This document shows positions 49,944-59,283 of a stretch of 64,000 nt of DNA, one piece after another. Source of the DNA: an uncultured Anaerolineaceae bacterium (GTDB taxonomy: Bacteria > Chloroflexota > Anaerolineae > 4572-78). The notes under the pieces are model-generated. The model saw only the letters and a list, made by a program, of their open reading frames with translations, was not told where the DNA came from and searched no databases. Made by a program: the position numbers and the translations under genes. Location: contig CAZMXX010000001.1 in the NCBI GenBank assembly GCA_964570315.1, positions 3,649 through 67,648 of the forward strand, written 5' to 3'. Positions within the stretch are counted from its first letter, which is position 1; each line of letters begins with the position of its first letter.

Positions 49944-51624
49944 ACTCACTAGCCTGAAAGACCGTATCAGCAATTTCATCACGCCGGAGCGCACCGCACC
50001 CCGTTGGACGCGGGCATTGCCGTATCTCACCCTGATTGCGTTCGGCGTGTTGTTGTTCATTTTGGCGGGCGCGGGATGGGAATATACCAACAGCTCGGAG
50101 TTTTGCGGCACGGCGTGCCACACCATGCCGCCGGAATACGCCTCCTACAAAGCTTCACCGCACGCCAACGTAAAATGCGTGGAATGTCACATCGGGCGCG
50201 GATACATCGCCACCCAATTCACCCGCAAAGCCGGCGACATGACCCATGTGTTCAAATATATCGGCGCGGAATATGAAGTGCCCATCTACATCAAAAGTAT
50301 GCGCCCCGCCGAGCAGATTTGCGAAAAGTGCCACAACGCGCAAAAATATTCGGATGACAGTCTGCGCCAAATTCAGCATTTTGATGCCGAAAACAATAAC
50401 GCTATGACCACCACTTTTTTGGCGTTCAAAACCGGGGGCGGCACGTCAACGCAGGGGCAGGGAAAGGGCATCCACTGGCACACCGAAAACACCGTGGAAT
50501 ACATCGCGGTGGATGCACCCTACCTTGAGCAGAAAATTCCCTGGGTGCGGGTGACCTATGCCGACACCGGCGAAACGGCTGAATTCGTGGACATCACCGC
50601 AGACCTGCCCGCCGATTTTCAACCCCAAAACGCCGCGCGGATGAAAACCATGGACTGCACCACCTGCCACAATCGCATCGCCCACACCTTCCCCAACCCG
50701 TCGGATGCGCTGGATGACGCGATGGCGCGCGGCATCATTTCGCCGCAAATTCCATACATCAAAAAGAACGCCGTCGCCGTGATTGAGCGCGAATACCCCA
50801 CCATCGAAGATGCGCTTTTCGCCATAAAAGGCTTGAAAGATTATTACGCCGAAAATTGGTCGGAATATTACGCCGAAAATCAGGTAGTGGTTGATGCTGC
50901 CGTGGACAATCTGGCGGTGATGTACAAAAATATGGTCTTCCCCACCATGGACATCACTTGGGATACCCACCCCGACAACGTGGGGCACGATGAATCGGCG
51001 GGCTGTTTCCGCTGCCATGACGGGAAACATCTGAAAGTGAACAGCGACACCGACGTCATCTCCGCCGAATGCAACTTGTGTCACACTATCCCCGCCACCA
51101 CCACCGCCGACGGAACCATCCCCCCGCTCGCCGTCGCCGATGCCTTCCAGCCGGAATCGCACGCCGACAGCTTGTGGATTGCCCGCCATCGCTTCACATT
51201 CGATGACACCTGCGAAGGCTGCCACACCATTGAAAACCCCGGCGGCGCGGATAACACCGGCTTCTGCGCCAACAGCGCGTGCCACGCCTCGGAATTCAAG
51301 TATGCCGGGTTCAACACGTCGAGCATTCTGGCAATGGTCAATCGTTTGGACGACGGCTTGCCGCGCTATCCGGGGGCAAACCTCACGTGGGATGACCTCA
51401 TTTCGCCCATCATGCAAAATCGGTGTGTGGTCTGCCACAATGAAAACACAACCCTCAATTTGAGCGATTATACTTCGGTGATGGATAGCGGGACGGTTAT
51501 ACCGGGCAATGCTGCGGAAAGCGCGCTGGTGACGGTTCAATCTGCCGGACACACCAACGCCCTCCCCGCCGATGCCACAGACTGGCTGAAGGCATGGATT
51601 GACGCCGGTGCGCCGGAAAAATAA
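49936..51624 (+). CDS. NapC/NirT/NrfH-like membrane-anchored multiheme cytochrome with an extended C-terminal heme domain
   Basis: 8-nt overlap with the upstream gene. N-terminal TM followed by TNSSEFCGTACHTMPPEY (NapC/NirT-like first heme site, but CX3CH). 7 canonical CxxCH motifs plus CANSACH (CX4CH). The C-terminal CVVCHN...VIPGNAAESAL resembles a PSCyt1-type domain. Confidence 0.85.
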   Translation: MRKLTSLKDRISNFITPERTAPRWTRALPYLTLIAFGVLLFILAGAGWEYTNSSEFCGTACHTMPPEYASYKASPHANVKCVECHIGRGYIATQFTRKAGDMTHVFKYIGAEYEVPIYIKSMRPAEQICEKCHNAQKYSDDSLRQIQHFDAENNNAMTTTFLAFKTGGGTSTQGQGKGIHWHTENTVEYIAVDAPYLEQKIPWVRVTYADTGETAEFVDITADLPADFQPQNAARMKTMDCTTCHNRIAHTFPNPSDALDDAMARGIISPQIPYIKKNAVAVIEREYPTIEDALFAIKGLKDYYAENWSEYYAENQVVVDAAVDNLAVMYKNMVFPTMDITWDTHPDNVGHDESAGCFRCHDGKHLKVNSDTDVISAECNLCHTIPATTTADGTIPPLAVADAFQPESHADSLWIARHRFTFDDTCEGCHTIENPGGADNTGFCANSACHASEFKYAGFNTSSILAMVNRLDDGLPRYPGANLTWDDLISPIMQNRCVVCHNENTTLNLSDYTSVMDSGTVIPGNAAESALVTVQSAGHTNALPADATDWLKAWIDAGAPEK

Positions 51625-51651
51625 TTCCTCGTTCCATCATAATTCCTCCCA

Positions 51652-51681
51652 AGCCACCATCTGCGGATGGTGGCTTTTTTT
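51652..51681 (+). terminator. Rho-independent terminator ending the cytochrome cluster
   Basis: agccaccatc-tgcg-gatggtggct (10-bp perfect stem) followed by tttttt. Confidence 0.88.
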
Positions 51682-52013
51682 GTTCTCCGCCAATTTCGTA
51701 TCTTTCGGCAACTTCTTCCGTCAAACATAAAGGCAAGATTCACCGTGCCGCATCGGCATCCGACATTCACGTTATTTTTACGCTATTTTTACGAAAGATT
51801 CACCGCGCACCATATCTTCAACGTAAAAACCACGTCATTAGCAGCAACAAACAAATAACCGGCTTAAAAAAGATTTAAGGTTCCTTAACCTTGTTTTAAA
51901 TACAGTTCCTCAGCTTTTTGTTATTGTTGGTATCACGACATACCTGCATTCTCACCACTCCGACAATGAGCCGTCCCAAGTTCTTCAAGTTTGTGAAAGG
52001 TAATATTTCAAAT

Positions 52014-53285
52014 ATGGTTCGCATACTCTCAACCCTTCTCTCCTCCATTGCGCTGGCTGTTGCCGCAATGTTTGTGGCATCAATGAGTTTGCGCCCGGTG
52101 CAGGCGCAAGCGCCGACCGCCACCGCCGGCAATTCGCTGATTTGGCCACTCTCCGGCACAACCACCCCCGATGTCGCTTCATCGCCGTTTGGTCCGCGCT
52201 GGCAAGCTTCGCAAAACCGTTACGATTATCACCCCGGCATGGATTTACCCGCGCCGCAAAACGACCCCGTTTATGCCGTCGCCGACGGGGTGGTGACAGA
52301 AGTGGGTTGGCTTTCGGCGAGCGCGGGGTTGGGCGTGGTGATATATCATCCCACACAGAATTTATATTCCGCCTATCTGCATTTGAATAGCACTTCGGTG
52401 GCGGTCAGCGATGCCGTCACGCAGGGGCAGGTCATCGGCGCGGTGGGCGATACCGGCATCACCGATTTTATGCACGTGCATTTTGAAATCCGGTTGACCG
52501 CCACAAACTATCCGACCTCCACGCGCAATCCGGTGGGGTATCTGCCCATTGCCGATGTCTCCACCCCAACCATCCGCATCGGCAGTTTGAACAGCAATCC
52601 TTTCGACAGCGCCACTGTTTCGCTGGTGATTACCGCCGCCCGCACCGAGTTGGACGTGAACGCCATCACCGTGACCGTGCGCGACAAAGCGACGGGCGCA
52701 GTGGTGGACACCCACTCGGTTGATTTGAATCAACGCATCCCCACCGGCTCGGACACGCTGACAACCGCCGATGTCACGCTGCAACCCGCGCGATTCAATA
52801 CTTCCACCACAGAATATGAGTTGACAGCGAATTTCAATTTGCATGCGAATGACAGTTTCACGCTCACCGCAGAGGTCGCCGATGTGGCGGGACACACGGC
52901 GTCGGTGTCGCAGGTGGCGTATGATACCACGCCCCCCGCGCAAATTGATTCGCTTTCCGCCCTGTGGCGCACCGATGGCGGGGTGGATTTGCGCTGGACG
53001 GCGCCGGGCGACAACGGGATGGTCGGGATGGCGGTGCAGTATGATATTCGATACAGCGGTTCACCCATCGACAGTTTTTCATGGTACGGCGCAACGTCCA
53101 TCACCTCGCCGCCGACGCCGGTGACGGGGGGCACAGCGCAAACGTTCACCGTGCCCAGCCCCCTGCCCGACCCGGTATACTTCGCCATTAAAACCACCGA
53201 CAATGAAGGCAACCAATCGCTATTGTCCAATTCGGCGCAGGCGCACGCTGTATGGCGCGTCTTTTTGCCCCTAATTGTCAAATGA
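52014..53285 (+). CDS. Secreted M23 (LytM-type) metallopeptidase with Ig/FN3-like C-terminal domains and an FLPLIVK C-terminal tail
   Basis: Signal peptide (ALAVAAMFVASMSLRPVQAQA). M23 motifs YHPGMD (HxxxD) and MHVHFE (HxH). FN3-like segment (DLRWTAPGDNG...YDIRYS). Ends VWRVFLPLIVK. Confidence 0.85.
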   Translation: MVRILSTLLSSIALAVAAMFVASMSLRPVQAQAPTATAGNSLIWPLSGTTTPDVASSPFGPRWQASQNRYDYHPGMDLPAPQNDPVYAVADGVVTEVGWLSASAGLGVVIYHPTQNLYSAYLHLNSTSVAVSDAVTQGQVIGAVGDTGITDFMHVHFEIRLTATNYPTSTRNPVGYLPIADVSTPTIRIGSLNSNPFDSATVSLVITAARTELDVNAITVTVRDKATGAVVDTHSVDLNQRIPTGSDTLTTADVTLQPARFNTSTTEYELTANFNLHANDSFTLTAEVADVAGHTASVSQVAYDTTPPAQIDSLSALWRTDGGVDLRWTAPGDNGMVGMAVQYDIRYSGSPIDSFSWYGATSITSPPTPVTGGTAQTFTVPSPLPDPVYFAIKTTDNEGNQSLLSNSAQAHAVWRVFLPLIVK

Positions 53286-53372
53286 TTTTCAACCTGAACG
53301 GACAGTGTTTTCCGACACGCCCGCAGCAAATTATTTTCAGCAATCTATGTATTTAATTCGGAGGAAACTTAT

Positions 53373-56099
53373 ATGAAAGTATCTACATTCACCCCCGTTG
53401 CATCCCGCCTGAAATCTCTGGTATGGGTTTTGGTGGCTGCCATCGCTCTGACCGGCGGATTGTTGGCGGCACTGGCAGCGACAGCGGTCGCATCCGCGCC
53501 ACAAGAAGCGCAAGCGGTGACGGGCGGCGCGCGGAGCGTCGCCACAATTTCCCTGCCCAACCAAAGCGGGCTGGAACCCTACGCAATGGCATACAATTCA
53601 TCAAACGGGTACATTTACGTGACCAACAACAACACCAACGATGTCTCGGTCATCGCCGGGTCAACCGTCATCGCCCGCATTCCGGTGGGGAGCGGTCCGC
53701 GCGGCATCACCTATAATACGGGGAACGGGCGAATGTATATCGCCAATAAATCCTCCGACAGCGTCAGCGTGATTAATGGCACCACCAAAGAAGCCGACAT
53801 TCCCGTCGGCAATCGCCCGTCGAATATCAAATTCAACCCGGCAAACAATTACGTGTATGTCGCCGACACATTGAGCGACACCGTGACCATCATTGATGGA
53901 CCCAACGTCATTGCGACCGTGCCGGTGGGCAATCACCCCAGTGTGCTGGTGGTGAACGACAACGCCGCTTCGCCAAATTACGGCGACGTGTATGTGACCA
54001 ATCTTTTGAGCGATACCGTGACCATCATCGGCGGGGCGAATGGCAAAACGGTGCTTGGCACGCTGCCCACGGGCGGCATCCGCCCCACCGACCTGACCTT
54101 CAACCCGAACAGCGGGTATGTGTATGTGGTGAACACCTATAGCGACACGCTGACCACCAAAGGGAGCGTGACGGTGATTGACAGCGCCACCCGCGCGGTG
54201 AAGCGCGTTTTTTCGGTCAACACCCGCCCCACCGCCATCACCGCCGACCGGGGGAACGATAACGCCTATGTGCTGAACACCGGCGGCGACAGCGTGAATG
54301 TTCTGCGCCGTTCCGGGCGCGCCCTGCCCCAAAGCTGGTTCCGGGTGGGGAATTATCCGCGCCGCGTGCGGGTAGACCCGGTGACGCATATGGTGTACAT
54401 CGCCAACGCATACAGCGATACCGTCACCGTGTTGGACGGCAACGCCCCCGACAGCACCGTCGCGGTGAGCGTCGCCGGGACGGTGAATGTGGGCGATGCG
54501 CCGCAAGCCATCCAAATTGACCCGACGAATCACAACGTGTATGTGGGTAATCGCGGGGGCAATACCATTTCCATATTGAACGGCACATCGCTGGTGGGAA
54601 CTATTCCCGCGCAGTATTACCCCACCCACATCGCCATCAATCCGAACAACGGTTACGCCTACGTGCCCATGCGCGGCGGCAATGTGGTGCGAATTTACAA
54701 CGGCACATCGCTGGTGAAAGAAGTGCCGGTGCGCCACAACCCGCGCGCGGTCGCCATCAACCCCGCCACCAACATCGCCTATGTCGCCAATTTCGACAGC
54801 AAATCCATCTCGGTGATTGATGCCGCATACAACCCGATTGCACGCATCAAACTGGGGCAAAAGGGTCCCATCCATGTGGCGGTTGACAGCGCCAACAATC
54901 TGGTTTATGCCGCCAACTGGTACAGCGACACCGTCAGCGTGATAAACACTTCAACCAACGCGGTCATCGGGGCGGTAGCAGTGGGCGCAAACCCCCGCTA
55001 CATTGCCATTGACCCCAATACCGGCTTCGCCTACGTGGCGAATACCTATGGCAACACGGTATCCGTGTTGCAGGGAACCACCGTGAAAGCGACGCTCGCG
55101 CCGGGATTGGAACCCCGTTTCGCCCTGTACAATCCGGTGAACGGCAATATTTACGTCAGCAATAAAACCGATGGCACGGTCAGCGTATTCAACGGGCTGA
55201 GCAAACTCGGTGACGTGACCGTCGGGGCGCAACCGGAAGATATGGCAGTGGATGCCGCCGGGCGGGTGTATGTCTCCAATTATGCGGGTAATTCCGTTTC
55301 CATCATTGATGGAACCGGCTTGGTCGCCACCGTTGCGGTGGGGCAAGGACCCGAAGGCATCACGGCGGGCAGCAATGGGCAGGTTTTTGTCAGCAACACG
55401 CTGGACAACACCGTGAGCGTCATCGAAGGAACATCCGTTGTTGCCACCTATGCCGTGGGCGCGAGACCCCGTTCCGTCGCTTACAGCCCCACCACCGACC
55501 AAGTTTTCGTCGCTAATTACGATGGCGCATCCATCTCGGTGCTGAGTACCGAACCCCCGCGCGGCGATTTCTCCGGCACACCGCGCAGTAACGCCGCCGC
55601 GCCCGCCGGCGTCAGCTTCAGCAGCGTCGTCACCGGCGCGGTGACAGGCTATGCGTGGACATTCGGCGACGGCACGACCGCCACCGCCGCCAATCCGAGC
55701 CACACCTACACCACCCCCGGCAATTACGGCGTCTCGCTCACCGTGAGCGGTCCCGGCGGCTCGACGGTCATCTCCAAAACGGATTACATTTTCGTCGCCG
55801 CGCCCACCGCCGGACCGGAAGCCAATTTCTCCGCGAACCAAGTTGCGGGCGAAGTGCCTTTCACCGTCACCTTCACCGCCGTCACCACCAACACCGTGGA
55901 CACCTGGGCATGGGATTTCGGCGATGGCAGTACCGCTACCACCGGACCCACCGTTCAGCACACCTACACCGCCGTCGGCGATTATGAAGTGCGCCTGACC
56001 GTCGGCAACAGCACCGACAACTTCATCGTCGATAAACCGGCATACATTCACGCCAGCAATCCGGTATTCTATGTGTTCCTGCCGTTGGTGTTGAAGTAA
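53373..56099 (+). CDS. YVTN-family beta-propeller repeat protein with two C-terminal PKD domains and an FLPLVLK C-terminal tail
   Basis: Signal peptide. About 15 repeats of the pattern P-x-x-I-x-x-N-P-x-x-G-x-V-Y-V-x-N-x-x-S-D-T-V-S-V-I. Two PKD-like units (WTFGDGTTA..., WDFGDGSTA...). Ends NPVFYVFLPLVLK. Confidence 0.87.
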   Translation: MKVSTFTPVASRLKSLVWVLVAAIALTGGLLAALAATAVASAPQEAQAVTGGARSVATISLPNQSGLEPYAMAYNSSNGYIYVTNNNTNDVSVIAGSTVIARIPVGSGPRGITYNTGNGRMYIANKSSDSVSVINGTTKEADIPVGNRPSNIKFNPANNYVYVADTLSDTVTIIDGPNVIATVPVGNHPSVLVVNDNAASPNYGDVYVTNLLSDTVTIIGGANGKTVLGTLPTGGIRPTDLTFNPNSGYVYVVNTYSDTLTTKGSVTVIDSATRAVKRVFSVNTRPTAITADRGNDNAYVLNTGGDSVNVLRRSGRALPQSWFRVGNYPRRVRVDPVTHMVYIANAYSDTVTVLDGNAPDSTVAVSVAGTVNVGDAPQAIQIDPTNHNVYVGNRGGNTISILNGTSLVGTIPAQYYPTHIAINPNNGYAYVPMRGGNVVRIYNGTSLVKEVPVRHNPRAVAINPATNIAYVANFDSKSISVIDAAYNPIARIKLGQKGPIHVAVDSANNLVYAANWYSDTVSVINTSTNAVIGAVAVGANPRYIAIDPNTGFAYVANTYGNTVSVLQGTTVKATLAPGLEPRFALYNPVNGNIYVSNKTDGTVSVFNGLSKLGDVTVGAQPEDMAVDAAGRVYVSNYAGNSVSIIDGTGLVATVAVGQGPEGITAGSNGQVFVSNTLDNTVSVIEGTSVVATYAVGARPRSVAYSPTTDQVFVANYDGASISVLSTEPPRGDFSGTPRSNAAAPAGVSFSSVVTGAVTGYAWTFGDGTTATAANPSHTYTTPGNYGVSLTVSGPGGSTVISKTDYIFVAAPTAGPEANFSANQVAGEVPFTVTFTAVTTNTVDTWAWDFGDGSTATTGPTVQHTYTAVGDYEVRLTVGNSTDNFIVDKPAYIHASNPVFYVFLPLVLK

Positions 56100-56121
56100 C
56101 TTATTTTCGGAGATTCTGGGT

Positions 56122-59100
56122 ATGGTTCCCTTGCGTAGCGGGTTAAAAACAAAACCACAGAGAAACAGAGAAACTGAGAAAACCGGGAAATATTTTGCCC
56201 GCTGTTCCTCTGCGTCTTTGCGGTTAAACATCAACAAATGCATTTATCTACCGATGCTGCTACTACTGGCGTGGACACTGGCGGCATGCGGCACATCCGC
56301 CGCACCGGCGCAACCGAGCGCGCAATCTCTCTTCGCCAATGGCTATGCCGCCGCGCGCAAAGGCGACTGGGCGGCAGCGGAAACGGCATTCTCGGCGGGG
56401 CTGGCGCAAAACCAAAACCACGGCGAACCCTTCACCGGGCGCGGCTGGGCGCGGCTGAAACAGAATAAATTCGCCGCCGCGCTGGATGATTTCCGGCAAG
56501 CTATCGCCCTCACCCCCGATGATGCATCGGCGTGGGCGGGGCTGGGACGCGCCCAACTCAAATTGGGCGATTACACCTCGGCGCGGGAAAGCTTGACCCA
56601 AGCCGTCACCCTGTCTCCCTTCCGTTCCGGGGCATTCATTGACCGGGGATTGACTTTTTACAAACAGGGCGATTACGAATCCGCCATCGCCGATTTCAGC
56701 CGGGGCATCCGCGCCAACAATCGCACCCAACGCGGATTTTACAATCGCGGGCTGGCATACATGAAACTGGGGCAAACCGCCACCGCCATCGCCGATTTTT
56801 CCGCCGTGATTGAGCGCAACCCGCAATATGCCGCCGCCTACCTGCAACGCGCCGCCGCATATCAGGCGCGGGGAGATTTCGCGCCCGCGCAAGCCGATTT
56901 GGATGCGGCGCTGGCGCAAAACCCCGCCGATGCCGCCGGGTATGTCACCCGTGGCACGCTCTTCGCCGCGCAAAAAGATTACGCCCGCGCGCTGGATGAT
57001 TTCACCCGCGCAGTGGAACTTTCGCCCGCCGATGCCAAAATCCGGCGCGAACGGGGCAAGGTTTTTTATGCCCGGGGCGATTACGTTTCCGCGCTGGATG
57101 ATTTCCGGCAAGCCCTGACGCTGAACCCCAACGATGCCTCCGCCCAATATTGGCAGGGGCTGGCACACTACCGGCGCGGCAATTATGCGGAAGCCATCGC
57201 CGCGATGGACGCCGCTTTTAACCTCACCCCGCCGACGCCCACCCGGCAATACCAACGGGGATTGGCGTTTTATCGCACCGGCGATTTTCCATCCGCCCAA
57301 AAAGATTTTGATGCCGCCATCACCGCCGGGCTGGATACCGCCAACGGCTACTATTATCGCGGGCTGGCGCAGTATCATCAGCAAAATTATGCCGCCGCCG
57401 CAGACGATTTCAGTGCGGCGATTGCCCGCGCCGAAAGTTTCACCAATGCGTATCGCCAACGCGGTTGGGCAAAATACCGGCTGGGCGAATATACCGCCGC
57501 CCGCGCCGATTTCGAGCAGGCGCGCGCGCTCGGCGCGGGGGATGCGGTGGCATACCCGCTGGGGCTGGTCGCGTACCGGCTGGGCAATTATCCGCAAGCC
57601 ATCGCCGAGATGAACGCCGCGTTTGAGGTTTCCGCGCCGACGCCCGCCCGGCAATACCAACGGGGACTGGCGTTTTATCGCAACGGCGATTTTGAATCGG
57701 CGCTGGCGGACATTGAAGCCGCCATCAACAACGGCTATGATTCTGCCAACGCCTTTTATTATCATGGCTTGGCGGCATACCATTTGGATAATTTCCCACG
57801 CGCGGTGGTGGATTTCAGTCAGGCAGTCGAACGGTCGCCCGATATGAGCGGGGCGTATCGCCAGCGCGGGCTGGCGGAATACCGGCTGGGACAGCTCGAT
57901 TTGGCGCAGAAAGATTTTGCCGTCGCCGCCAACCTTTCCGCCGATGCGCCCGCCGAATATGCGCTGGGGCTGGTGCAGTATCACGCGCAGGAATACCGGC
58001 AAGCGGTGGAAAATATGAGCGTCGCTTTTGAGAAAGCCGCCCCCACGCCCGCACAGCGCTATCAGCGCGGGCTGGCGTTTTATCAATTGGGCGATTATGA
58101 ATCGGCGCGGGCGGATTTTGATGCCGCTATCGCCGCCGGGCTGGACACCGCCAACGGCTATTATTATCGGGGACTGACGGCGTACCATCTGAATGATGAT
58201 GAAGCCGCCCGGGCAGATTTTGATGCCGCCATCGCCCGCGCGCCCGACTTCGGCAGCGCGTACCGTCAACGCGGGCTGATTGCGTACCGGCAGGGCGATT
58301 ATACTGCCGCCACCGCCGACTTGGAGACCGCCCAACAATTGGGGAAGGGTATCGCTTCGGCGTATACGCTGGGGCTGGCGGCATACCGGCAGGGTGATTA
58401 CGAGCAAGCCGCGCAGGCGATGACTCTCGCATTTGAAGCCGCGCCGCCCACCCCCGCCCAACGCTATCAGCGCGGGCTGGCATACTACCGGCAGGGCGAT
58501 TATCAAGCCGCTTATGATGACATTTCCACCGCGATAGCGGACGGATACAGCACGGCATACGGCTTCTATTATGCCGGATTGAGCGCCTATCATTTGAAAA
58601 AATACGCCCGCGCCGTCGACTATTTCACCGACTCGCTGAAGCAGGATGGTGCGCCGACGGCCGCCTATCGCCAGCGCGGATTGGCGCGATACAAAGCGGG
58701 ACAGGTGCAACTCGCCCGCGCCGATTTGGACTTGGCAATCAAGCTTCGCCCGTATGACGCCCGCGTCTACTTTTATCGGGGGCTGCTCATCCGCGACGAG
58801 GGCGATTTACCCGCCGCCATTCAGGATTTCAACCGCGCACTGGAAATTGCGCCGAACGATACGATCATTTTGTACACGCGCGGACGCGCCTATTATGCCC
58901 GCGCCGATTTCGCCGCCGCCGCCGCCGATTTCGCCCGCGTGCGGACACTCGACCCCGCCCACAGCGGCGCCAGCTATTATTTGGGGCTGACACAGTACAA
59001 AACCAACGACTATGCCGACGCGGTGCAAAGTTTCTCCACCGCGATTCAACTTGTGCCGACCAACGGCTGGGCGCTCTACTATCGCGGGCTGGCGTACCGG

Positions 59101-59208
59101 CGATTGGGGCAATTCACCGCCGCCAAAGCCGATTTACAGCGCGTGCTAGAAGTCGCGCCGGGGTCTCGCGCCGCTACCCGCGCCGCGCGGGTGCTGAAGA
59201 AATTGTAG
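56122..59208 (+). CDS. Large TPR-repeat protein (about 28-30 TPR units)
   Basis: 34-aa TPR periodicity throughout (xxYxxRGxAxxxxGDYxxAxxDFxxAIxLxP). The start is uncertain: ATG 56122, or ATG 56254 which gives MLLLLAWTLAACG (lipobox-like). Confidence 0.85.
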   Translation: MVPLRSGLKTKPQRNRETEKTGKYFARCSSASLRLNINKCIYLPMLLLLAWTLAACGTSAAPAQPSAQSLFANGYAAARKGDWAAAETAFSAGLAQNQNHGEPFTGRGWARLKQNKFAAALDDFRQAIALTPDDASAWAGLGRAQLKLGDYTSARESLTQAVTLSPFRSGAFIDRGLTFYKQGDYESAIADFSRGIRANNRTQRGFYNRGLAYMKLGQTATAIADFSAVIERNPQYAAAYLQRAAAYQARGDFAPAQADLDAALAQNPADAAGYVTRGTLFAAQKDYARALDDFTRAVELSPADAKIRRERGKVFYARGDYVSALDDFRQALTLNPNDASAQYWQGLAHYRRGNYAEAIAAMDAAFNLTPPTPTRQYQRGLAFYRTGDFPSAQKDFDAAITAGLDTANGYYYRGLAQYHQQNYAAAADDFSAAIARAESFTNAYRQRGWAKYRLGEYTAARADFEQARALGAGDAVAYPLGLVAYRLGNYPQAIAEMNAAFEVSAPTPARQYQRGLAFYRNGDFESALADIEAAINNGYDSANAFYYHGLAAYHLDNFPRAVVDFSQAVERSPDMSGAYRQRGLAEYRLGQLDLAQKDFAVAANLSADAPAEYALGLVQYHAQEYRQAVENMSVAFEKAAPTPAQRYQRGLAFYQLGDYESARADFDAAIAAGLDTANGYYYRGLTAYHLNDDEAARADFDAAIARAPDFGSAYRQRGLIAYRQGDYTAATADLETAQQLGKGIASAYTLGLAAYRQGDYEQAAQAMTLAFEAAPPTPAQRYQRGLAYYRQGDYQAAYDDISTAIADGYSTAYGFYYAGLSAYHLKKYARAVDYFTDSLKQDGAPTAAYRQRGLARYKAGQVQLARADLDLAIKLRPYDARVYFYRGLLIRDEGDLPAAIQDFNRALEIAPNDTIILYTRGRAYYARADFAAAAADFARVRTLDPAHSGASYYLGLTQYKTNDYADAVQSFSTAIQLVPTNGWALYYRGLAYRRLGQFTAAKADLQRVLEVAPGSRAATRAARVLKKL
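57193..58812 (+). repeat. Four tandem 405-bp (135-aa, four-TPR) super-repeats inside the TPR gene
   Basis: Units start at 57193, 57598, 58003 and 58408. Each begins A(I/V/A)xxMxxAF-x4-PTPxxxYQRGLA(F/Y)Y and shares the DTANGYYYRGL and AYRQRGL landmarks. Confidence 0.85.
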
Positions 59209-59283
59209 CTGAAACGCCCCCGTCCAAACTTGGGCGACCACAAGGGTCGCCCCTGTAACAGCGGGGAATTAAAGGAATGTTTT

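Noticed and set aside
56263-58710. 815-aa minus-strand ORF across the TPR gene
   Set aside because: It lies antisense to a gene with clear 34-aa TPR periodicity. Its product is Gly/Arg/Ile/Gln-rich repetitive sequence mirroring the sense repeats, and it has no RBS or domain evidence.
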